DNA of 64,000 nucleotides, taken from NCBI GenBank assembly GCA_951406725.2, contig OX597814.1, forward strand, positions 38,378,001 to 38,442,000, in the 5' to 3' direction. Position numbers and translations under genes: made by a program. Position 1 is the first letter of the stretch; each line of letters begins with the position of its first letter. Under the pieces are notes generated by a model that was not told the DNA's origin, made no database searches, and worked only from the letters and a program-made list of their open reading frames with translations. Shown piece after piece: positions 42,468-57,471 of the stretch. Source of the DNA: Octopus vulgaris (Eukaryota).

Positions 42468-43721
42468 CACATACATACAAAAAGTAAATAGACACCTTTA
42501 ATTTTCAAAATCTTTTATTTAATACGCACAGCAAACAATTGAAATGTAATCGATGGGTAGGGCTACAATAGTTTAGTATTTAGTTGACATTCCCTTTGCA
42601 GTTTTTAATTCAGAAACTCTTTTTGGCATTGAACCGATGAGCTACGTGATTGTCTCTTGTTAAAATTCTGCCCACTTTTCATGCGACAATCGAAACAATT
42701 CATCTTTAAATTTAGGTTTCTGTTGAGTTTTTCGTATAGCTTTATCTAGCATAATCCAAAGATTTTCAATTGGGTTCATGTCAGGAGATTGGATCGACCA
42801 AGGAAGCTTTTTAATCCCATTTTCAGTCAGCTGTTGTCGATTCTTTCTCGCTGTCTGGCATGGAGCATCAACATCCATGAATAAAAACTCATTTTTCATT
42901 ATGTTATCGTGTGAATACATCGGAAGTAGTACTTGCTTAAGTATTTCGATGTATTTTTCAGAGTATATGTTTCCAACATATTCGATTAGCTCAGAACGAC
43001 CATTGCTGGTTACATCTCTCCATGCCATTACAGAGATACCACCATGTTTCACAGTTGGTTGTAGTCGTTTCAAATCAAATTCTTTATTGGGATGCCTCCA
43101 GACCCAAACACGTACACTGTCTGAAAATAATGTAAATCTGGATTCATCTGAGAAATTCACTCTATCCCAAATTGAACTGGATTTTTCTGACATCTCCTTA
43201 GCACAAGTCTTTCTTTTCATGATGTTAATTGTTTGAAGGAGAGTGTTTTCTTCTGGTTGCTCGTCCATAATATCCAAGATTAGGCACTTATGTAACACAC
43301 ATTCTTGAACTAGCTTCTAGCTGTTTTGTAATGTCATAAGCCTTCGAATGGGGTTCGTATTCACAATTCTCTTCAAACAACAAAGCTTCCTTTCCGAAGG
43401 CCCAGTGCGCCCGGGATGAGAATCTGTTGATTCTTTTCCTTGGCTTTTGAATTGCACTATAATTCTATTAAAAAGAGGAATTTGAAAACTTTCGGCAATT
43501 TTTCAGTGGCTAAGACAAGAAACAGATTGCCCAACAATACGATCTCTGGGAAAATGCGACAGTTCTGCTGAATTTCTTGTGCGTGGCATGGTTATACATC
43601 GCAAATGTAGAATATAATGGCACCTGGGATGTAAATTTTACACCACTAAAAGCATATTAAAACGCTTAGATTAGAAATTTTGAAAAATTAAAGATGTCTA
43701 TTTACGTCCTGCATGCCTATG
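42468..43721 (-). mobile_element. Tc1-family DNA transposon, full length, inactive
   Basis: TA flanks and ~45-bp imperfect TIRs (gtaaatagaca.ctttaatttt). Transposase start at 43589 (MPRTRNSAELS). Confidence 0.9.
42660..43589 (-). pseudogene. Tc1 DD34E transposase pseudogene
   Basis: FSDESRF, TVKHGG and SPDMNPIENLW in ORF 42660-43298. The residue at the DD34E second-Asp position is V, so that catalytic Asp is lost. N-terminus frameshifted. Confidence 0.85.
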
Positions 43722-43749
43722 TATATGGACACACACACACGCACGCACG

Positions 43750-45070
43750 TTGATTCCATACTCAATCTCACGGTCGGACTGAATCATAAAATCCCATAGG
43801 ATCTTTGCATTTCCATTTTTGAACGATGCCTTCAGGTTTGTGGTCGTAACAATTTTTTCTCTGTCAAGCACATACTCGTGGAAAAGTGCCCAATCGATAA
43901 GCCTGGCTATATTGCCGTGGCCTCTCTTCTATTCCTTCTGGGATAGTGGCGTACATTGGCTGGTAATATGACACACAGTTTCACCGTTTTGTTCTGCACG
44001 TATCACTTTTTCTGGGTTGTCTATTCTGTATTTTATGTAGTTTTTTCTTAGTACTTGCTCTTGAGCAGCACATATTAGAGCCTCTGTTTCCGACTTTAAA
44101 TCAGTTTTAATGATCGACAGCCATTTTTGTTTCTCTGTCTTATCCTCAATATCCTTACCCACCTATTTTCAGTTTCATTCGTTTTCAATTTCTTGTATAG
44201 TGCTTTATCTTTGTACCCTTTTATCCTACACAAGCCTGACTTTCTTACTTCTAATAATAGCGGTTGCTTGGAATTTTTGCATACCATGCTATGTTTTTTT
44301 CTTCTGCTCTAATGCAGTGTGCGCATCTAATAAGTCTTGTTCCCCCGCTTTTTCTTGGTAAATAGAGACTGTCTGTGTCACTTTTGGAGTTGAGTCACCT
44401 ATATCTAGTTAAAGACAACTACCTTGTCTTTCTGTCTAAACTGTTTAGTTCGTCTAATGTCCATGCGATTAACCCTGCTCCATATCTAAGGAGTGAAACC
44501 GCCCAGTTGTTGACAGCTTCGATCTTATTACGTCCGTTTGATTTCGACTTAAGTGTCAGTCTAAGTCTTCGCAAGTACTCCGACATAATTTTTTCTGTCA
44601 TTTCTTTCTCCATCAATTTATCCATTTCCAAAATCCCCAAGTTATTATAGCCCGTCTCTTCTATCTGCTTCATAACCTCCCCCGACGTAATGGTTAGCCC
44701 GTTCATACATTTGACTTTGCCTCTCTTCATGACTAACACACCAATCTTTCTCAATCCGAACTCCATTCTGATATCAGCACTGAAGGTATACACCGTATCA
44801 AAGTGGGAACTAAAGATCAGTAAGGACAGGCAGGCCCCTTGGAACGTGTGTCTCCTCATTTTTACTGTTCTTAAAATTATTCCGTAGGCTGCCAGGCCCA
44901 TCCTCCAATTCGCCATACTTTTTCCAAGCAATCACTCAACATTCGATGCAATACCAAATTTCTTCATACACTCCATAATCCAAGAAAGTGGGATCATATC
45001 GTACGGCTTACGATAGTCGATCCATAACTTGGGTAAGTTACTTTTCCTCCTCTTGCAGTATCTAAGTACA
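43750..45070 (-). mobile_element. Dong/R4-clade LINE fragment (RT, CCHC, start of restriction-like endonuclease)
   Basis: WIDYRKPYDMIP, FQGACLS, IRMEFGL, GRNKIEAVNNWAV, LDRKTR, ETEALICAAQEQVL, ETVCHITSQC and KILWDF. 5' end abuts (TAA)n. Confidence 0.85.
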
Positions 45071-45083
45071 ATTATTATCATCA

Positions 45084-45114
<31 letters not shown>

Positions 45115-45122
45115 TATTATTA

Positions 45123-45163
<41 letters not shown>

Positions 45164-45185
45164 ATTATTATCATTATTATTATTT
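45071..45185. repeat. (TTA)n microsatellite
   Basis: Directly visible. Confidence 0.95.
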
Positions 45186-45320
45186 ATTAATCATTTTTAT
45201 TACCGTATAATAAACTTGTACTCTTCTACTCTAATAAGTGCATTCAGTGATATTTTAGTTTAATGTAATATCAGGTTTATAACATGAAATCAGACGTCAA
45301 TCTCACACTTTTACTCTCTC

Positions 45321-45362
<42 letters not shown>

Positions 45363-45384
45363 CATACACACACACACACACACA

Positions 45385-45434
<50 letters not shown>

Positions 45435-45443
45435 TGCACACAC

Positions 45444-45480
<37 letters not shown>

Positions 45481-47359
45481 AACACATATATCCGTTTTTT
45501 TGGTTTCAATCAGAACTATTTCGGCAAGCAGCGATAAAGATGAATGAATGACTATAAATTACAACAGATTGGATCAATCATAGATCATATCATCAGATGG
45601 TGCTGCTGGTCTAATTATCAGTTTAAAGGAATGACATTTTAACCATTTATACTCAGTTCAGATACAGTCTGTATATTCTGACGCGCCATCTAACAGTCTA
45701 TAGCTATATAAAATTTGTGTGACTTGTAGTATCGAGCCAATCTAAGTAAAAACGAAGCTGGAAAGCAGTTGATATATATAGCATTCATGAAAACTAACCT
45801 CATACATCTAGAATCTGCCTTCAACGGCAAGTTGAATATATTGTAATTCCCTAACCTACGTATCAATCTGCACACTAAATATGCTCAATCCACATGCCAA
45901 ATGTAGATATCTGCTGTGTGAGAAATTTAAAAGTACCAAAATTTCATGTTGATCAAGAACCTTCTTTCAGAAAACAGTGTATTTAGGATTCAAAAATACC
46001 CACAGCAATATACTTAGTGTCATACTAAGTACATTCAACACAACATAATATACTTACAAAATACTTTTATTCATTCAACATCCGTTTAAAATTAATAATT
46101 TTCATGCTCTCAGGGGTACAAATTTCATTATAAATGATGAGGAACTAATTTGCTCGTGAAAAAAGAAAACAATTATTGTATTGAAACTAATATTTTATTA
46201 ACTTTAAATTTTCAAATTGAAATAATCATTTTTTAATATTTCTAAGCTTATATCAGCCTGGGGTTCAATATTTGGACACACATTTTAATTTACGTAATTT
46301 GGGCATTTGGCGCTCTTTCAAGATGTCATTTTGCCTATATGACCTTAGGATCATAAAAGACAGAGCATCGTGGAAGAAATACCCGCTCACGAAAAGAACA
46401 CATGACTCTTCATTTCTCAACAGGCTCATATCTTTAGATATATTGCATCAGTTACGTATTTATGAAATACAAATAGGGAGTTTGACATTAAATTTCATAT
46501 GAATAAAAGAATGGCGCATTCCGATAATTTCTTCATAGAGTTTAAACAGTTAGCTTTGTGGATTTTTCGACAGAAATAAATTATAAAATAATTGACAATA
46601 TTTAAATTAACAAAGGTACAATATCTGCACAAGTATGATTATTAACGTCATCACGATTAATAATGTCCATTAATATTTTATTTAATCGGTTAAATTATCC
46701 ATTTTTGTGATTTAAATTACGAAACTCTGAATATAAATATAAATCCCGAGGTTTTTATCCTGTGGTGCATACATATTACAACATGTGCTTACGAATAAAT
46801 GCCAATTTAGATTCGTGAATGGTTAAATGCACAAGAATCATGCTATAATTTGAGGGACAGGGTGAGAAAGCAAGATTGAAAGAGTAAATGCAGGCAAGAA
46901 AGGAAGCAAAGGGTGACAGGGAGAGAGAGAGGGAAAAAGTAAAGCAAGAGAGAGGATATTTATGGTCAAAGAGATAGAGAGAGGCATAAAGAAAGATATT
47001 TTCATATAGATATATTCCATATTTAAACTTCTCATTGAAATCAGCAATTACTCGATCCTATGTTGATATGATTTTATTTTTTGTTACATTTAATTTTCTT
47101 TGTTTTATGTAGAAATATATTAAGGTAATGATTCGTAGCTATTACCTATTTGAAATCAAACATTTATTTAAGTAGTTTTTAAGTAAAAGGTATTTTAAAA
47201 TACACCAAGGGAATAAACAAGAACTATTTACATTTACATATAAATATAAATGGATCTACTTTTACTGAGATCTTTTAAGTAGCATTTCAGTGCGCATTTC
47301 TAAAATTCTGTGGAGCGACTATTGCATATATTTCGATTCCCGAGGTATTTAAGACTGTA

Positions 47360-47536
47360 AGTGTATGCGTGTGCACGTGAGTATATGTGTGTGTGTGTGT
47401 TTGTGAGTGTATGTGCGTGTGTATTTGTGTGTGTGAGAGAGAGAGAGTGATTATGTGAGTGTGCGGGTATGTATTTATGTATACATATATATAAAAATAT
47501 ATATACACACACACATATATGTGTATGCACCAGCTT

Positions 47537-47573
<37 letters not shown>

Positions 47574-47670
47574 TACATACATACATACATACATACATAC
47601 AAATATAGATATTGAGAGAGAGACACACACATATATATATATACACACACATACACACACACATATATAT

Positions 47671-47732
<62 letters not shown>

Positions 47733-47820
47733 ATATATATGAACAAGCATACACACAAGCACACACACATCACACACACGAACACACAAACAAAGAAAAA
47801 CGCACATATACATGTACACG
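47360..47820. repeat. Compound TG/TA/CA/TACA microsatellite field
   Basis: Directly visible. Confidence 0.9.
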
Positions 47821-48164
47821 CAACTATGGTCCAATGCAGTGTTACAACTGGTTTTATGTTTCTCTTGGTATGCGTGATGTTAACCATTTATTTAATGTCT
47901 TCGTATTTTGACCACTAATTTAATTAAATAAATATTAACTTTTGAGCAACTTTATCAAAATTTATCAGCTTCAGAAAAATGATTGTCTTCTGATTATCAA
48001 TCCTTTCAGTATAGAGCGTTATCAAATTACTATTCTGTAATCGTGTCAATATGTCGAAACTGTGATAGTTTTAAAATAAATCAGTAATTTATTTGCATGT
48101 TAATTCGTCTAAATGTATACTATGTAGCTCTCTCTTTATCAATCTATACTTAGATGAAGGTATA

Positions 48165-48308
<144 letters not shown>

Positions 48309-48374
48309 ATTTTTTAGGGAATAAAAATTCCTGCGAAACAGAGGTTCAAATTATTCTCAATGAAGAAATATATT

Positions 48375-48753
48375 TTAATTTAGAGATAGTAGGCCCCTAC
48401 ACCTCACCATATAAAAGGAATTTTTATTTTTATTTTAAATACCTACTGTTTTATTTTTTGGCCACACGTGTTTCATGTGGTACTTCCTCGGGTTCCTAAA
48501 CCACTCCATGTTTTCCTGGAACCTTCCTTAAAATGTCACCCCAATCATCAGGCCATTTGATAAAGTGATATAAGGGCCTGATGATTGGGTTGCATTTTAA
48601 GAAGGGTCCCAGGAAATCACGGAGTTGTTTAGGAACCCGTGGATGTACCTCATGAAACACGTGTGGCCAAGTAATAAAACAGTAGTTATTTAAAATAAAA
48701 ATAAAAGTTATTTTCATATGGTGAGATGTAGGGGCCTACTATCTCTAAATTAA
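48375..48753. mobile_element. 379-bp fold-back palindrome (MITE or head-to-head Penelope termini)
   Basis: Arms of ~180 bp; outer 27 bp perfectly complementary (ttaatttagagatagtaggcccctaca); ~20-nt central spacer at ~48555-48574. Confidence 0.85.
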
Positions 48754-49054
48754 TATGTATATGTGTATGTCCATGCGTGTGTTTATGCGACTGTGTGCGC
48801 GCCATATATCTTTAATATTTTGTAATATATATAATATTATATATTATAAAATCAAGCCTACACAAAATATTACCTTTACTACTCTTTTTAAAGAGAAATA
48901 TTTCATAGTCGTTTATGTATATCTTCTGTTCCAATATCGACACTTGCTGGTCGAATCTTTTCATGTTGCCTTTCCAAACTATTATTTAAGCACAGGTGTA
49001 CCTAGACTTGATTCATAAGAAGTAACTACGGAAATTGCATACTTTAATGCACAT

Positions 49055-49737
<683 letters not shown>

Positions 49738-49803
49738 CTTAAAAGAGTATATAAACATTGATTATCAAGTGGATATACATCTAAGACAACCATGAACCAT
49801 ACA

Positions 49804-50249
49804 TTGCATCGTCATTGTCGCTCTTGTGGTCTCAGGAGATTTCGTAAGAAATCTCCATTATTTCAACATATGTCGTATTCGTCAAATTTACCACTGAGTG
49901 TCTTTCTTTGTAGCGTTACTAATGGAACTCATTCCGCTCCTCTTCACTGTAACTCCAAATCAGAACTCTACAAGTAAAGCAGAAAGACTGATAGCCCACT
50001 TCATTTTGTTCACAACGTGTCTTTCAGACCGATTTCTACACTGCTCTACCACTTCCTGGTATTTGGCACGCTTCCTTTCATGAGAGTCGCCAATGTGCAC
50101 TCCAGGCTGGGTACAAACAGTTGATATACTTGCTGATCTGTTTTGTAGATTTTGAGATGACTATGTCAGTGCGAATGCAGCTTATGTTGAAATAAGCAAA
50201 ATCTCGCACAAAATCTCCTGAGACCTCAAGAAGGACAATAGTGATGCAA
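49804..50249. mobile_element. Old MITE-like element with ~78-bp imperfect TIRs
   Basis: ttgcatc..attgtc..tcttg.ggtctcaggagattt..ttatttcaacata at 49804-49881 is mirrored at ~50171-50249. Confidence 0.65.
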
Positions 50250-50394
50250 GTCATCCCCAAAGTTGTGTGTGTCTTTGAGTGTGTGTGTACGTACGATGTG
50301 ATCTGGGAATTGTAACTGTACCACGTGACCTACTCTCAGCTGCCAGTTTGAGGCTGCGGAAAGTAGGAAAGCTCGTTGAAATTTCTGAGTGTAG

Positions 50395-51345
50395 GACATC
50401 ACTCTGGCTCTGAGAAATGTGATGATCTATTTCCTGGAATGATAATTACTGATATGAATGACGGCAACTGCCTTGTGTATATGGTCACATTGCCAGCGGT
50501 TGCAGCCATGACTACGTCTCCCAGGCAGCTACTGATATGATATGGAAGAGACACTTTTTCAGTAAAAAAAAGGTAAGAGGAGAGTTTTCCCTTTTTCCTA
50601 ATGCAGGGAGTCTTACTAGACTTGTTACAGTGTCGTGCACTGTCAGGAAAATGAAAACTGAAAAATTACAATAACAAGAGATTCACACAAACACACACAC
50701 ACATACACATCTATGCATATATACAAACATGCATAGAAAAAACAATGGGTGAAAGTCTCAAGTACGCCCCCACGATCATCATCAACAACTACAAGCTCTA
50801 GATCTGCCAACAATTCACCTATCTCGGCTCAACCATTGTTGAAGACCTCTCCCTGGAACCAATGATCAACAATTGAATCAGACAAGCAAACTTCACATTT
50901 GCTAGGTTTACAAAGACAGTGTGGGAAATCAAAAGAAAGTGGCTGAAATACCAAAACTGCTATCTATAAGGCGAGCCTCATTAGTAGGAGACTCTACTCT
51001 AGTCGGGAGCAGCAACTCAACGTCATTCAGCTTCATATTTTGAGACGAATCTTGGATATCAAGTGGATCGATGACATCACCATCACCGAAACCCCGACCA
51101 ATCCAAGATATCCTGCATACACATCTTGTTCTAGTAGCGTTCTTTGCGCTGGCTTGGTCATGTTTATCGCATGCCAGACGGAAGGTTCCCAAAAGAACAC
51201 CTGTATGGGAAAATGGCCACGAAGACGACCTCATCTTCGTTTCAAAATGTTTGTAAGACGGATATGAAGTCGCTTGATCTGGACGTCTTCGGATAGGAGG
51301 CGGTTGCAATTGATCGTCCACACTAGAGGTAAACAATGCAAAAGC
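50395..51345 (+). mobile_element. Decayed RTE-clade LINE (endonuclease start and post-RT region)
   Basis: QFTYLGST...IRQANFTFARFTKTVWE, LRRILDIKWID and WLGHVYRMPDGRFPK. Weak endonuclease remnant at 50400-50560; most of ORF deleted. Confidence 0.75.
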
Positions 51346-53664
51346 GAATCTTTGAGTTTTTGCACATATTTTCATATTATATGGATGCATGCATATGCCA
51401 GCATAGTTTATTACATCTATGATTATATACTTGCAAGTGTGTGAGCAGGTTTTGATATTCATGTATGTTAGTGTACATATGTCAAATGTTGAAACTCTGC
51501 TGGCCGAACGAACGAATTATAAATTGCCACATATTTTCAAGTGTAACATTAACAGAGTAACAGCATTGTTTTACTCTTCGTTACAATTGCAACGCCATCA
51601 TCGTTTGTACATCAGGTCAAAACATGCCACCCACCGATTCCGCAAATCCCTTATTCTTCAGAATCGAGACTCTGTCGTACACAAACGCAGACTATTTTAT
51701 AGAAATTTATGCACTTAAATAGCGGAAATCATATTCGAAATATCGCCAATCTAAAACAATTATTGTAATATATTCAGTGCTATATAAATATTCTAGACTT
51801 ATTTATACATATATATACACATACACACAAACACACACACACACCATCACACGCACATACACACTCACGAACAAACAGAACACACATACACAGGCGCGCA
51901 CACATACATATACAGTAATTCATGCATACTCCATATGTACGCATCTAGATTTATGTAGCATATGTGTTGATGGCTATGTATGTGACGATATTTGTCTATG
52001 TGAAAATCTTTAAGAAATCGACGTAAAATGAATTCTAGAGTTTTCGGATTTACTCTTATTTATCGGATTTCTCCTGCCGGTTTCTATGGTATTCTCTAAT
52101 TTAATGCTTTTATCGCTACAATGTTTTACGTTAGCTATAGATAATCTAACTGCTTTACTGACATATTTACACAACGAGTCATATGGATTTCAAAGTAACT
52201 GAAACATTATTATGATTTCGAATTTTAGTTAAGAAAGCGAGAAAGGCATTGAACAGTAAATAGAAAAATGAAAGCAACATTTTTGAGGAATGTACTTTAT
52301 TTCAAACGTGGAGTAGTGGCAGCAGCAGCAGTAGTAGCAGAGCAGCAACAGCAGTGGTAGTAGTGTTTGAGGTTGTGGTCGTAGTGGTACTGGTGACGGT
52401 GATGTTTTTGCTGATGATTGTGTTCGTGGTGATCGTGCTTGTCGTGGTATGCATGAAATTATTCACGCTATGTTCAGTTTGGGAATTTATTAAACGACAG
52501 TGAAAACCAGAAGAGAGTATTAACCTTGAAAAGAGAACGTTATAAAAACAAGATACGCATGGTGTGTCTTTGCGTGCGTGCGTGCGTTCGTGTGTGTATG
52601 TGTGTGCGTGCACTTTTAAAAGAAGGAACTTTTAGAATTGAGGAACAAAACTGAATAATTGTGGAGTCTAACAAACAAATAATTGCGGAGTCCAACAAAG
52701 AAGGGTAATGCGATGTAATTGAATGATGGATAATAAGAAATAAAGGCCATCCTTATTGAAAGAAATTGAGGTTGTGGAATATATTTTATTAATTTAATTT
52801 AAGTGTTAATATTCTGTCGATATATTTTTTTAATTTTTCCACATTCTCAGTTCCCTGAAATTATTTTAGAAGCTATCACTATATAATGGTAGCTGATGTG
52901 TATACAAGTTCCTCGGTTGGTTATTTTGTTGGTTTGTTGGTTGATTGGTTGATCGTTTGCTTGCTTGTTTGCTTTGTTAGTTGATTGGCCGGTTGCATTG
53001 GTACTTGTTTGGTTGGCTAGTAGTTTAATTGATCTTTGCAGACATATGATACATCGTATTGAGAGAGGGAGGAAATAACAGAGAGATGTGACTTTATGTA
53101 AGATGCGAAAAAAGATGTCATTGATAAGGGAGAGGCGGATTACTAAATGTGAGGCTATTTCTCGTGGTGAAATGTTTGTGTGAACGTCTAGTATTGTTAC
53201 TATTTATATCTCGTTTAGAGATTTTAGAACTAGCTACATTGCTCGTTACAGGATCACCAACTGTTTGCCGCTTCTCTGTCTATATTTTATGAAGATATAC
53301 AGAAGACACATGCACCACCCTGATGAAATCCCTTGGTACACAATCACACGAACATCACACATACCCAGAATATAATATAATATCATGCAAACAAATTAAT
53401 CCACGAAGATGGATTTCCCCACTAAATGAAACCCAAGGGTAATAATCACTCAGAAGGTGTCATCCAAGCGTAGAGCCCCTTGATTTCATATTATTTATTT
53501 TCGAGACTTTTTTTGTGAATTTCCGAGATTTTTCCTGTTTTCATAAAATATGGAGACGAACAATTTCCTCCAAGTTATTGGCTTGAAAATTTGTTGTGAT
53601 AGTAAGATAATTTTCTGAACATGGAACCAACAGTAGCCTTAGTACACAAATATATACATGCATA

Positions 53665-53724
53665 CACACGCACGCACGCACACACAAACACACACACACA
53701 CACGCACACACAGACACACACACA

Positions 53725-53766
<42 letters not shown>

Positions 53767-53768
53767 CG
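53665..53768. repeat. (CA)n microsatellite
   Basis: Directly visible. Confidence 0.95.
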
Positions 53769-54623
53769 CGTGTATAGTAGGATAACTTCATAAACGGAAA
53801 AGCCATTTCGCTAAACCGAATTTAGTTTTAATTTCAGAACCTCATATTTATGTCCCCTACGGGAGTTTTGCTTAAGAAAAATTGTAGTTTATAAATATAT
53901 TGTTAGAGGGGAGAATGATATAATTAGGCAATATCCTGAGGGCACTACTGATTTAAAATTACATATAGGACCGACACGAGCTCAGTTTTGAATGCCAAAT
54001 ACTCCAATTATACTACGTTGGCATCCAATAGTGATGATTTCAAGAGGAGGAATATGAGCCATACATTTTAATAGCCAGACCTGACCTAAGCTTCCCCCTA
54101 CGTAATGCTAATCTAAAGAGATGTAGATTATGCTTAAGGGAATCCTATTTGATTCTTACATTTTTAGTTCCAAAACATAAATTTTCTGATGTGGTCACTT
54201 TTTGTAAACATATATTCTTCTCAACCTTCTTCGGTAGATACAAAAGTAAAACTTAAGGGTAAAATTAAAATGAGATGTTTCTGGGGAACAGGACAGCAGA
54301 GTTACCCAAATTCCAGAAACCCTAAGATTTATGAAACGCGCAATACGTCGCTAATCAATAGTAAAATATAAACTAAAGTATATCAAACTACCTGGAATAA
54401 CTTAATAGATAGGTCTCCATTCGAACACTAATATGGAGAAAACTGCAAAGGGCAAATCAGGGTATCTGCAGGATCATTAGAAGTGCATGCGTAAATGCTG
54501 TGGTTAGAAGATTAAAAGAAATTTCCCGGCAGATGAATAGGACGATATCTATTCGGAAGAGCAGCGCATGAACAATGTGATGAGGTAACCGCCGCATTTT
54601 GCCATATAATAAGGAAAAAGATA

Positions 54624-54667
<44 letters not shown>

Positions 54668-55016
54668 ACACACAGTTTTTCTACTATTTTCAGCTCTATT
54701 ACTGCAACCACTGCTTAAATTTCTACTATCTTATTATTTGTTCTGTTGGTGAGGCTGACGCAGCCACTACTTCTAAAGCTATTACTTTGCTCCTACTAAT
54801 ACTACCACGAGTATCATACGATTTCTGGCAGCCTTATTAACAACTCCGTAATATCAACATTTCCAATAAGTAACAATAGGCTACAACCATCGAGGTTGGC
54901 AAAAAGTGAGTCACTGATATTTTCAAAAGCGACACCACTGATTTCATTACTTAATTTCACTATTTAAGCTCTGATTTGCCTTTAAGGAATTTTCCTTCTC
55001 GTCCACAAATGTTCTT

Positions 55017-55142
<126 letters not shown>

Positions 55143-57062
55143 ACATACTGAAATGCTTACATATTTTATAAATTGCACATGCCATTGCCTGTATTCGTTT
55201 CTCTGCTCTGTTAGTTTCTCTTCAAATGTTATCGTTACCAATTTCCACAATTTTTTTAACAGCACGGCTGAAACGAATATTATTAATGAAGCATTAACAG
55301 TTTATTGTCGATAATTAAGTTGCTCTTAAAGAGATATTTTAATGTGCATGATTTTCCGTGTACCTATCTTATGTTGTAGCACCGCTAATTTTGAAATAGA
55401 TAGGCGTGGGGAAGATTTTAGGAAAATAATTATTTCATGAAGTCTTAATACCAAAGTCAATGAAATTAACTGCCCACTAAATGATCCAAATTTAAAGAAA
55501 TTTGTTAGATCAAACTTTTTAATAGTTGTTATGGTAGTTAGGTGCAGTGTGACATGCTTATAAGTGAACATATAAAACTAGACATCCTCATTGCTTTTAT
55601 TAAATACTTTTGATGTAATGTTTGAAAGTAGGGTAATGTATTGAATTCGAGACAATCTTGCCTATACGATTCAATTTTGACATTCATTGAAGCATGTATT
55701 GTTTCTGACAAAGTTGTTTATATTAAAAGAATTGGGATGTTTCGAAATCAATGTACCTTACGAAGGAGAATGAATCAATAACAAACGTCACAATGTACTT
55801 CACTCCTGTTTCTAAACTTATTTTATGTTGTTAAGCAGTTCGAGACAAAATTTATTCGTGTAGAAAATTGCATTTATTCAGATTTGTTTTTCATTCATAT
55901 AAATTTCGGAATTATTTAATTTCCAAGACATTTTACATTCCTACGCCAATAAATGTAAACAATTGCATATTTCTTACTGAATTACAAATTCCTACTTCGA
56001 TAGATTTGGTAGAGACCATGTTAGATTCATGTGATCAGAAGTAATTATAACATGTTCAGAATTATATCGTGAAATAACCGGAGAAAGAAAACTACTGTTC
56101 GTCATCTTCATGCATATTTTCTTTCAGTAAACTAAACAATATCTAATTAGATTTATCTTGCCTTTCATGTATTTCAGTAGTAATTGAGCAATGTATTTCT
56201 TTATCTGAACCATTCAAATTTTGTTATGTTAAGCATACAAAAATATGTTTAAGCCTAACGTATGTAAGTGTAGAATATGGTCAAAGATATATTGTATATC
56301 CTCAATATGTATTTTCAAATATAGAGAAGATTAATAATCCAAATACCCCCAGTTACTTAAAACTTATTATAATGTTGTATTATATAAAATGAATAACATT
56401 AAGATGCCTTTTTAATTCCAAATTACATAATGGCAACTAGTTAATATATTTTGTGTATTCCAAAGTGCCTCTGGTATTCAAAAGATAGACTGACATTGCA
56501 GTTTTAACATGTATTATCTTCAACAATAATCCTTTGGCATTCAATATAGAATAATATTACTCAGATTTAGCGCCGGTAGAAGGCAACGAAAAGAGGATTA
56601 GTAATTTAATCGTAGTAGTTCACAGTTGCTGGTTCACATGAATTAACTATGTATAGCCTGGGAAATGACGCTACTACTATCAACATTCGAAGCGAAAAGG
56701 GATGTAAGTAAATAGCGTAGATCACGTTATCCAAAACTCTAAAGCTTTCCGAAAAGACAATTTAATAATAATATAGGTACAATCTAATTCATTTTGAATT
56801 AACTTATTTGTCCTATATACTAAAGAAAGATAGGCATAACCCGTAACTCAATGCGTCCGTTTTATTGTGCTAAATTCAACGATAACTTGTTTCCGTTATT
56901 AGACTGCGGCAATGTTTGTGATAAACTAATTAAAAAAATATCAATGCTGTTTTGCTTAGAATATTGTTGCTGTGGTTGTTGTTGTCGTCGTTACCATCAT
57001 CATCGTCATCATAATCATCATTATTATAATTATTATTATGATTATTATCACTAATATTATTA

Positions 57063-57405
57063 TTGCTTTTGCACAGCTTCTAACGTTGGAGAAGTACTTC
57101 GATGTCAGCTGTTCACTACAAGTGAACACCTTATTTCTCGAACTGTTCCAAGCAGTGCTGTTTTGTGCAAGTGCCCCACACTTATTGGATCCCGTATGGG
57201 TTCCATGTACTCCTCGAGATTTTTAATCCCTATTCCCAGGGCTCCGACAATTATTGGTAACACTACCACTTGTTTATTGACTACAACTGCTTGACCTCCC
57301 AAGCTAACCTCTCATACCTATCGACTTTTCTTTCTTCCTTACCCATAGGATCTTTGCATCATTATTTTCGATGATGCCTTCGGGTTCTTGGCCGTACCAT
57401 TTTAT
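57063..57405 (-). mobile_element. Dong/R4-clade LINE 3' fragment within (TAA)n
   Basis: KWYGQEPEGIIENNDAKILW...PIIVGALG...LHKTALLGT, 3' UTR ...gaagctgtgcaaaagc(aat)n; TAA repeats on both sides. Confidence 0.85.
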
Positions 57406-57417
57406 CATCATCATCAA

Positions 57418-57471
<54 letters not shown>

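Noticed and set aside
50929-51462. 177-aa minus-strand ORF
   Set aside because: Antisense to the RTE LINE remnant.
53318-53340. Isolated CTGATGA motif
   Set aside because: No properly placed GAAA box or pairing stems.
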